Assembly (NCBI GenBank): GCA_002269645.1
Contig: NIVC01000672.1
Location: forward strand, 124,001-188,000
Source: Macrostomum lignano
Taxonomy: Eukaryota
Length of the DNA: 64,000 bases
Direction: 5' to 3'
Part shown: positions 35,701 through 47,227 of the stretch, piece after piece
Layout: every line of letters begins with the position of its first letter
How positions within the stretch are numbered: the stretch's first letter is position 1
The notes under the pieces: model-generated
What the model was told of the DNA's origin: nothing
Database searches by the model: none
Seen by the model: only the letters and a program-made list of their open reading frames with translations
Position numbers and translations under genes: made by a program

Positions 35701-38700
35701 AAGCCTCAAACAGACTGAGAGAGCTGCTTCAGTTGTGTCTGTAGGTTATGTGGACCACCTAAGAGCCAGAGCCTCAAACAGACAGAGAAATCTGTTCGAG
35801 TTGTGTCTGTAGTTTAGGTGGACCAGCTATTCTACAGCACTTCTAGGCGATAATCTGAGCCAGGAATCTCCGAGAGCCTCTCGTTACACATCCAGATGTT
35901 CTGCCTTGATGCTGGACTAGCTCACTTTCTAGGAATCTGTTCTGATTGCATTCTAACAAACTGAAGCATTCTCGGCACTAAACTTTCTCGGCGGCTCTGA
36001 GAGCCAGAGCCTCAAACAGACAGAGAAATCTGTTCGAGTTGTGTCTGTAGGTTAGGTGGACCAGCTATTCTACAGCACTTCTAGGCGATAATCTGAGCCA
36101 GGAATCTCCGAGAGCCTCTCGTTACACATCCAGATGTTCTGCCTTGATGCTGGACTAGCTCACTTTCTAGGAATCTGTTCTGATTGCATTCTAACAAAAT
36201 GAAGCATTCTTGGCACTAAACTTTCTCGGCGGCTCTGAGAGCCAGAGCCTCAAACAGACAGAGAAATCTGTTCGAGTTGTGTCTGTAGGTTAGGTGGACC
36301 AGCTATTCTACAGCACTTCTAGGCGATAATCTGAGCCAGGAATCTCCGAGAGCCTCTCGTTACACATCCAGATGTTCTGCCTTGATGCTGGACTAGCTCA
36401 CTTTCTAGGAATCTGTTCTGATTGCATTCTAACAAACTGAAGCATTCTCGGCACTAAACTTTCTCGGCGGCTCTGAGAGCCAGAGCCTCAAACAGACAGA
36501 GAAATCTGTTCGAGTTGTGTCTGTAGGTTAGGTGGACCAGCTACTGAGAGCCAAAGCCTCAAACAGACTGAGAGAGCTGCTTCAGTTGTGTCTGTAGGTT
36601 ATGTGGACCACCTAAGAGCCAGAGCCTCAAACAGACAGAGAAATCTGTTCGAGTTGTGTCTGTAGGTTAGGTGGACCAGCTATTCTACAGCACTTCTAGG
36701 CGATAATCTGAGCCAGGAATCTCCGAGAGCCTCTCGTTACACATCCAGATGTTCTGCCTTGATGCTGGACTAGCTCACTTTCTAGGAATCTGTTCTGATT
36801 GCATTCTAACAAAATGAAGCATTCTTGGCACTAAACTTTCTCGGCGGTTCTGAGAGCCAGAGCCTCAAACAGACAGAGAAATCTGTTCGAGTTGTGTCTG
36901 TAGGTTAGGTGAACCAGCTACTCCACAGCACTTCTAGGCGATAATCTGAGCCAGGAATCTCCGAGAGCCTCTCGTTACACATCCAGATGTTCTGCCTTGA
37001 TGCTGGACTAGCTCACTTTCTAGGAATCTGTTCTGATTGCATACTAACAAACTGAAGCATTCTCGGCACTAAACTTTCTCGGCGGCTCTGAGAGCCAGAG
37101 CCTCAAACAGACAGAGAAATCTGTTCGAGTTGTGTCTGTAGGTTAGGTGGACCAGCTACTGAGAGCCAAAGCCTCAAACAGACTGAGAGAGCTGCTTCAG
37201 TTGTGTCTGTAGGTTATGTGGACCACCTAAGAGCCAGAGCCTCAAACAGACAGAGAAATCTGTTCGAGTTGTGTCTGTAGGTTAGGTGGACCAGCTATTC
37301 TACAGCACTTCTAGGCGATAATCTGAGCCAGGAATCTCCGAGAGCCTCTCGTTACACATCCAGATGTTCTGCCTTGATGCTGGACTAGCTCACTTTCTAG
37401 GAATCTGTTCTGATTGCATTCTAACAAACTGAAGCATTCTCGGCACTAAACTTTCTCGGCGGCTCTGAGAGCCAGAGCCTCAAACAGACAGAGAAATCTG
37501 TTCGAGTTGTGTCTGTAGGTTAGGTGGACCAGCTATTCTACAGCACTTCTAGGCGATAATCTGAGCCAGGAATCTCCGAGAGCCTCTCGTTACACATCCA
37601 GATGTTCTGCCTTGATGCTGGACTAGCTCACTTTCTAGGAATCTGTTCTGATTGCATTCTAACAAACTGAAGCATTCTCGGCACTAAACTTTCTCGGCGG
37701 CTCTGAGAGCCAGAGCCTTAAACAGACAGAGAAATCTGTTCGAGTTGTGTCTGTAGGTTAGGTGGACCAGCTACTGAGAGCCAAAGCCTCAAACAGACTG
37801 AGAGAGCTGCTTCAGTTGTGTCTGTAGGTTATGTGGACCACCTAAGAGCCAGAGCCTCAAACAGACAGAGAAATCTGTTCGAGTTGTGTCTGTAGGTTAG
37901 GTGGACCAGCTACTCCACAGCACTTCTAGGCGATAATCTGAGCCAGGAGTCTCCGAGAGACTTTCGTTACACATCCAGATGTTCTGCCTTGATGCTGGAC
38001 TAGCTCACTTTCTAGGAATCTGTTCTGATTGCATTCTAACAAACTGAAGCATTCTCGGCACTAAACTTTCTCGGCGGCTCTGAGAGCCAGAGCCTCAAAC
38101 AGACAGAGAAATCTGTTCGAGTTGTGTCTGTAGGTTAGGTGGACCAGCTATTCTACAGCACTTCTAGGCGATAATCTGAGCCAGGAATCTCCGAGAGCCT
38201 CTCGTTACACATCCAGATGTTCTGCCTTGATGCTGGACTAGCTCACTTTCTAGGAATCTGTTCTGATTGCATTCTAACAAACTGAAGCATTCTCGGCACT
38301 AAACTTTCTCGGCGGCTCTGAGAGCCAGAGCCTCAAACAGACAGAGAAATCTGTTCGAGTTGTGTCTGTAGGTTAGGTGGACCAGCTATTCTACAGCACT
38401 TCTAGGCGATAATCTGAGCCAGGAATCTCCGAGAGCCTCTCGTTACACATCCAGATGTTCTGCCTTGATGCTGGACTAGCTCACTTTCTAGGAATCTGTT
38501 CTGATTGCATTCTAACAAACTAAAGCATTCTCGGCACTAAACTTTCTCGGCGGCTCTGAGAGCCAGAGCCTCAAACAGACAGAGAAATCTGTTCGAGTTG
38601 TGTCTGTAGGTTAGGTGGACCAGCTACTGAGAGCCAAAGCCTCAAACAGACTGAGAGAGCTGCTTCAGTTGTGTCTGTAGGTTATGTGGACCACCTAAGA

Positions 38701-40973
38701 GCCAGAGCCTCAAACAGACAGAGAAATCTGTTCGAGTTGTGTCTGTAGGTTAGGTGGACCAGCTATTCTACAGCACTTCTAGGCGATAATCTGAGCCAGG
38801 AATCTCCGAGAGCCTCTCGTTACACATCCAGATGTTCTGCCTTGATGCTGGACTAGCTCACTTTCTAGGAATCTGTTCTGATTACATTCTAACAAACTGA
38901 AGCATTCTCGGCACTAAACTTTCTCGGCGGCTCTGAGAGCCAGAGCCTTAAACAGACAGAGAAATCTGTTCGAGTTGTGTCTGTAGGTTAGGTGGACCAG
39001 CTACTGAGAGCCAAAGCCTCAAACAGACTGAGAGAGCTGCTTCAGTTGTGTCTGTAGGTTATGTGGACCACCTAAGAGCCAGAGCCTCAAACAGACAGAG
39101 AAATCTGTTCGAGTTGTGTCTGTAGGTTAGGTGGACCACCTTCTGAGAGCCAAAGCCTCAAACAGACTGAGAGAGCTGATTCAGTTGTGTCTGTAGGTTA
39201 GGTGGACCAGCTTCTCTACAGCAATTGAGTTGCAGGCCTTGCAGCTAGCTACTTTGAGATCATCAAACGAAACTCACTTTTCTGGACTCGGTGTCGACGG
39301 ATCTGCGAGCAGACTGATGATTTTCACCAGGCGATGCGGCTTCTTCGATTTCGCAGTGGCTTTTTGCGACGGTGTTTTTTAGTTTTTATTTTAGGCTTGG
39401 CGTCCTTTTTTGCGGGTCATCATATCTTGGTTGTAGATTACAGTTTTTGGCACAATAAATTTATATATGGATGAAACTTGGAGTAAGGATTAACATTAGA
39501 CCTATTAAGTATAAAAAAACGTTCTAATCTATACAATTGCAATCCTTTAGAGTTGTATAGTGTGGATTATAAGTACTTTCTTTTAAACTGTCGGTGTCTG
39601 GTCTCACTACGCCATGGTTTACGTGGACCACCCGCTTAGACATTATATATCCCTCTCTCCACTGTCTTACCTTCAGAACGCTTGCGGGTTTCCTATTGGC
39701 TGCGGTCGGTCCCATTGTTGGGGTGGATCTATCCTCCTAAGTGTTAACCAGCCAATTATAGAAAGGGAGGTCTGTCTGTCTGTCTGTTCCAACCCTATAC
39801 TCCTGCACATGTGTTTACGTGGACCAAACAGACAGTGAGTGTTAGGCTGACTGTTAATGCGTTCTTAGTTTTACTGGGACCGCAATCAAGTCGACCTTTT
39901 GCTAGAGAGTCAGAGACCCGATCGCTAGCTAAAAGGCCCTTCTTAATTGCGTCCTCTTGATCAAATCTTTTGCATGTACATGTATGAATTGTCCTTTTCA
40001 ATTAGGTAAATTGCATCTTCAACTTTGCACTTGAAAGGCTGCAGCTTAGGATCTTCTTCTTCCAACATTGGAGGAGGATAGAACAGGATATCCCATAGTG
40101 TTAGGATAGAATTGGCAAGCACTTAATTCATGAAGTTGCTATTTTCTTCTTGTGTAATGGTAGAGCCTCAGAAATTCGCATTTACACAGTGTGGCTATCA
40201 AGGACCACTGGGAGTTCTTGAGAAGTCATTGAAGAATACTATTTAGGCTTCACTTAAATATCTTTCTTGTCTCGGAGTCTTTATCGTTTGATCTGGTTAG
40301 CGAATTGGATTTCTTTACGTTGGTGTCTTACTCTGTGAGTCTGTGCTCAGAGTACGATACCGGAATTGCTGGAACTGAGCTAATTAAATGGAGTTTAAAG
40401 TTTACTGTATCAAATTCATTTCGCATACGAGGTTTCAGAATTTTTAATTAACCTGCGCACCTACTTGAATGTCAAAGAACTGAACGCATATTGTTTTAAA
40501 GCCAGTAGCGGTCATAATATGATGCCAACATACCCCTTTGTTCGTAAGGTAATGATCTGTAAAAAATTCAGTTTTGCATTGAATCTATGCTTAATAACTG
40601 CTATACACAAACAGACACAAACAGACACAAACAGACACAAACAGACACAAACAGACACAAACAGACGATTTTCGAAAAATTTTCTAAAATTTTTCGGTTT
40701 ACGTGGACCAGACTCGCTCGGTTTAGGTAGACCAGGCTGGAGGTCCAGCTAAACTGAAATGCAAATAACTTTGGAAAAAACCATGCTAGACATCCCAAAA
40801 TTGCTTAAGCCTTTCTTGACCCGCCTGACATTAATGTGAGATTCTCATCAACGTCTTAACCCCACCAGAGACAAAATTATTTGGTGGTCCACCTAAGTGG
40901 TCTACCTACACCGGGTGGTCCAGCTAACGAGGCTACTGAACTTCCAAAAAGTCCACGTAAACACACAGACAGT
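32793..40973. mobile_element. Candidate non-autonomous TIR DNA transposon inserted in a (GACA)n tract and carrying an internal satellite
   Basis: 16-bp perfect inverted termini ACTGTCTGTGTGTTTA (32793-32808) / TAAACACACAGACAGT (40958-40973), extending imperfectly to GGAC. Motif TTA(C/G)GTGGACCA is forward near the left end and throughout the interior, and inverted three times at 40884-40927. No TSD or transposase recognised. Confidence 0.6.
33862..39215. repeat. Satellite array of 238-bp monomers interspersed with 139-bp units (both built on a ~70-bp GTGGACCA-containing subunit)
   Basis: CTGAGAGCCAGAGCC recurs at 34668, 34906, 35144, 35382 (period 238). 34291 to 34668 = 238+139. About 17 long monomers. 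Confidence 0.95.
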
Positions 40974-40977
40974 AGAA

Positions 40978-43456
<2,479 letters not shown>

Positions 43457-43717
43457 GAAATTTCCAATCCGGACAGTGTTGAGAGATTAGTAATAATTAG
43501 TAATAATGAGTAATAACTAGGCAGCATAAGCATTTCTAATTGATTAAAAATTGGAATTTAGATCTCTTTGCGAAGCTTGGCTACGAGCTACAAATGCAAA
43601 ATAACTTTACAAATTACACGAGTGCACTGCATGATTTTTACACATCGTAGTGAGGTTTGAGTCACCACGAGCTTGTTGCACGTGTCATCAGATAGAAAAC
43701 GCTATAGGCAGGATCAG

Positions 43718-44643
43718 ATAGAGAGGAGAGGAGAGAGAGGAGAGAGAGGAGAGGAGAGGAGAGGACAGAGAGGAGAGGAGAGAGAGGAGAGGAGAGGAGA
43801 GGAGAGGAGAGGAGAGAGAGGAGAGGAGAGGAGAGGAGAGAGAGGAGAGGAGAGAGAGGAGAGGAGAGAGAGGAGAGGAGAGGAGAGAGAGGAGAGGAGA
43901 GAGAGGAGAGGAGAGAGAGGAGAGAGAGGAGAGGAGAGGAGAGGAGAGGAGAGGAGAGGAGAGGAGAGAGAGGAGAGAGAGGAGAGAGAGGAGAGAGAGG
44001 AGAGGAGAGGAGAGGAGAGGAGAGAGAGGAGAGAGAGGAGAGAGAGGAGAGGAGAGGAGAGGAGAGGAGAGAGGAGAGGAGAGGAGAGGAGAGGAGAGAG
44101 AGGAGAGAGAGGAGAGGAGAGGAGAGGAGAGGAGAGGAGAGAGAGGAGAGAGAGGAGAGGAGAGAGAGGAGAGGAGAGAGAGGAGAGAGAGGAGAGAGAG
44201 AGGAGAGAGAGGAGAGGAGAGGAGAGGAGAGGAGAGGAGAGAGAGAGAGGAGAGAGAGGAGAGGAGAGGAGAGGAGAGAGAGGAGAGGAGAGGAGAGAGA
44301 GGAGAGAGGAGAGGAGAGGAGAGGAGAGAGAGAGGAGAGAGAGGAGAGAGAGGAGAGAGAGAGGAGAGGAGAGGAGGGAGGAGAGGAGAGAGAGAGAGGA
44401 GAGGAGAGGAGGGAGGAGAGGAGAGAGAGGAGAGGAGAGGAGAGAGAGGAGAGGAGAGGAGAGAGAGAGGAGAGGAGAGGAGAGAGAGGAGAGGAGAGGA
44501 GAGGAGAGGAGAGGAGAGGAGAGAGAGAGGAGAGGAGAGGAGAGAGAGGAGAGGAGAGGAGAGGAGAGGAGAGGAGAGGAGAGGAGAGGAGAGGAGAGGA
44601 GAGGAGAGGAGAGGAGAGGAGAGGAGAGGAGAGGAGAGAGGAG
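43718..44643. repeat. Polypurine (AGAGG/AG)n tract, ~0.9 kb
   Basis: Direct reading. Confidence 0.97.
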
Positions 44644-44654
44644 CTTAAATAAGC

Positions 44655-45486
44655 TGTGATGATGGGGCCCAAGGGCTCGGTCCTTTCGTGCCCCTTTCCC
44701 AGACCCGGGTTCGTGTACTGACCCTGGCTGCGGTCCTCCACTGACACGCGTACGACGCGGTGTCCGTCGGGACTAGGCTGCTCGAGCGTACGACGCACGA
44801 CAGCCTACAGACTCGCGTACGACGCAGAGCTGCTTGGGGTGGGACCGGCGTACGACGCACTTAATCCCTCTAAGGTGCCTAGTACAGATGCAGACCCAAA
44901 TGACGTACAAATTGGAAGGCTTACCAGCCGCGATTTCAGTCGTACAAGAAACAGCGCCGTCAGAGCAGTGGTGATCTCGATATTCTTTACTTATATATTT
45001 GTCTAGCAATTCTGCGAGGAATAGCAATTCAGCAACCAACGCTGGCACAATCGCCGAGGAGCCACGAAGACGACGAGAATGGGGTCTCAAGGGGGCCGAA
45101 TAAATAGGCAGCAAACTGGGGGTCGAGGGCGCGGGATAAAGGCAGAAAAGGGGGCTTAGACATCAGCCAAGGCAACGCATGAGCTGTACCAGCCAATCGC
45201 CGGGCGCAGCACGGCAGACTGGGACTGGCAGCCAATCACAAACAGGGGCGGGGCAGCAAAGCTAACAAAATAATGGGGCGGGGTCGCACAGGGGGGGGGG
45301 TCGCACGCAGAGCATGGGGGGTTTGACTCAACAGAAAAGGTCTAGGCAGGGAGGGGAGGGGTACGCACGCGCAGAAGTGCAGGTGGGTGAGTCAGAAAAT
45401 ATCTAAGGAGGGGGGAGAGGACGGCCGACTGGCCCGGCGTAGCAAAGTAGCAAAGTACACACAGTCATAATAACACATTCATGACA
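44655..45486 (-). repeat. 3' LTR (832 bp)
   Basis: Matches 52494-53328 except for two G-run length differences. Confidence 0.97.
44991..45285 (-). promoter_or_regulatory. LTR U3 promoter elements (also present in the 5' LTR): GC boxes, CCAAT boxes, TATA box
   Basis: Two GGGGCGGGG (~45245, ~45275), two AGCCAATC (~45191, ~45230) and TATATAA on the minus strand at 44991-44997, in promoter-like order. Confidence 0.55.
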
Positions 45487-45498
45487 CTCCCGTCCCCT
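45487..45498 (-). promoter_or_regulatory. Polypurine tract (AGGGGACGGGAG)
   Basis: Directly abuts the TGT start of the 3' LTR. Confidence 0.85.
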
Positions 45499-46058
45499 AG
45501 ACAAAAGTTCGAGTTCGAAAAGTCGAATATTGAAATGATGCTACTATAACAAAAAAATTGAACAGAGGAACAAACCGCATTTGAAAAATATTTTGGACTC
45601 GCATGGCAACTAGTTCGAACAAAAAACAAAACCGCAGTGATTATACCGTTTAAAAATGACGAAGAAACCTTCAAACATAGGATAGTGAGTACGCATCATT
45701 GGGAAGCAAAACGCAAATTTTGGGAAAAACTCACTTTAACAAAAACGCTGAAGTTCGAAAAAAACGCTAAATGTTCACAAAAAACAAAAAAATGAAACCG
45801 TCAAACATTTACCCTCACAAGTAATACTAGCACTGCTTCCCTGCATCCCGCCGAGTACGGCCGTCGCTCTGGTGCCTCGTCTCCCTGTCGCTACTGTCGC
45901 CGGTTGCTCTGGTCGCTCTGCGCTGGTCGTCGAGTCCTGCGGTTGCTGCACAGCCGTCGCTCCGTCAGCACCCGTTAAGGCCGGTCCACCTCCGCTCCGC
46001 TGTCCCTGGGTCTGCACTGCAAAGTCCCTAGCCCCAAAGTCCCTAGGAAGACATAGCC

Positions 46059-47045
46059 TCAGTCAGAGCACGAATCCCACAGCCTACGGAGGGCACCCAG
46101 GACCAAACCCTGGCGTCGCAGGTCGAACAGTGGGAACACCACCATCACCGACATGTAGACAGCTTGACACGCTTGGCGACTCCACCGACGAACTCCGTGC
46201 CCCGGATACTTGCGACCGTCTCGCTCCAAGTAGCCCAGGATTTGCAGCATCAACTCCGGACCGAATTCCTTGAAATCCACCAAGGCAGTGGCGCACTTCC
46301 CCTTCAGGGCTAGCAGCACCTCAAAGATGCCCCACGGGTCGCCCTTCCGCATTGCCTGGTGCAGTTTCTTCCGACTGGGTCCTACGTTCTCCAGTTCCGC
46401 GACGGTCACTGGTCGGCACGGTCTTGTCTGAAGCCGGTACGCTCTCTGCAGATATTCTTCAATCAGGTTTCTACATCCGGCACAATCTTCCTCCGCTTCC
46501 CATGACGTCTCAAGCTCCTCTACACCGGCCCACTGCAGCAGATACTCCGCTCCTCGCTCCGTGACTCGTACTCCTAAGACCTTCTCGACCTCGTACTCCT
46601 CCGGCAGTGTCTCACTCGCCTCGTTCATCTCTTCGTCCTGCTCATCGTCTGAGGCCTCCTCACTTGCCTCCATCTTGACGTGCTCCTCATCCCTCCTCGC
46701 CTGTTCTCTCTCGTACGCCTCCTCAGCTAATCGGTCGCTCTCTTGTAGTCTTTCTATCTCTTCTCGGAGATCGTCGGGCATGTCTTCATCCTCTAACATC
46801 CCTTCTGCGAGCCGAAGCATCTCATCCCGGTCACGAACAGCATTTCCAAAGATATCGTACAGCTTTCTAAGGAACGGACACGACAGTATTCGGTACGCCT
46901 CTTCGCACTCCTGGAATCTCTTCCGCGTCTCCTCTGTTGCGCTCTTGTCAGGGTGCAGTTCGCGTGCTCGACCGTAGAACGCTTTCCGAATCTGTGCCGC
47001 AGACGCCCACAGCTGCACTCCAAGACACTCGTAGAGGTCCGCCAT
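46059..47045 (-). CDS. Accessory ORF3: DnaJ (J) domain + acidic linker + chromodomain + helical C-terminal domain (328 aa)
   Basis: aa 2-67 DLYECLGV..ASAAQIRKAF..RELHPDK..RFQECEEAYRILSCPFLRKLYD is a canonical J-domain. aa 151-200 YEVEKVLGVR..AEYLLQWAG..TSWEAEED..NLIEEY is a chromodomain. Intact ORF between pol and the PPT, on the same strand as gag-pol. Confidence 0.92.
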   Translation of the reverse strand: MADLYECLGVQLWASAAQIRKAFYGRARELHPDKSATEETRKRFQECEEAYRILSCPFLRKLYDIFGNAVRDRDEMLRLAEGMLEDEDMPDDLREEIERLQESDRLAEEAYEREQARRDEEHVKMEASEEASDDEQDEEMNEASETLPEEYEVEKVLGVRVTERGAEYLLQWAGVEELETSWEAEEDCAGCRNLIEEYLQRAYRLQTRPCRPVTVAELENVGPSRKKLHQAMRKGDPWGIFEVLLALKGKCATALVDFKEFGPELMLQILGYLERDGRKYPGHGVRRWSRQACQAVYMSVMVVFPLFDLRRQGLVLGALRRLWDSCSD

Positions 47046-47227
47046 CTGTAACAGTCCGGCCTAACTCCGATGAGCAATGAGACACGCACGACATGTACCT
47101 CCCTTCCCCCTTGGCTATCCCAGCGCCGTACACCGGACCCTTCTTCAGTAGTGGTACACCGGGACCCCAAACCGATCTGGCGGTCGCCGCAGACGTTTTG
47201 GTCGCCCTGCTTCCTCCTGTGCCGTCC

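Noticed and set aside
33862-39215. CRISPR-like repeat/spacer appearance of the ~70-bp subunit alternating with ~170-bp blocks
   Set aside because: The 'spacers' are identical to each other, there are no cas genes, and the context is eukaryotic. It is a satellite.
46059-47045. ORF3 as a retroviral env
   Set aside because: No signal peptide, furin site or convincing transmembrane helix; strongly acidic with clear J and chromo motifs.
46845-47045. Bacterial dnaJ contamination or an independent host gene
   Set aside because: It lacks the G/F-rich and zinc-finger regions of DnaJ, and lies between pol and the PPT inside paired LTRs with a TSD.
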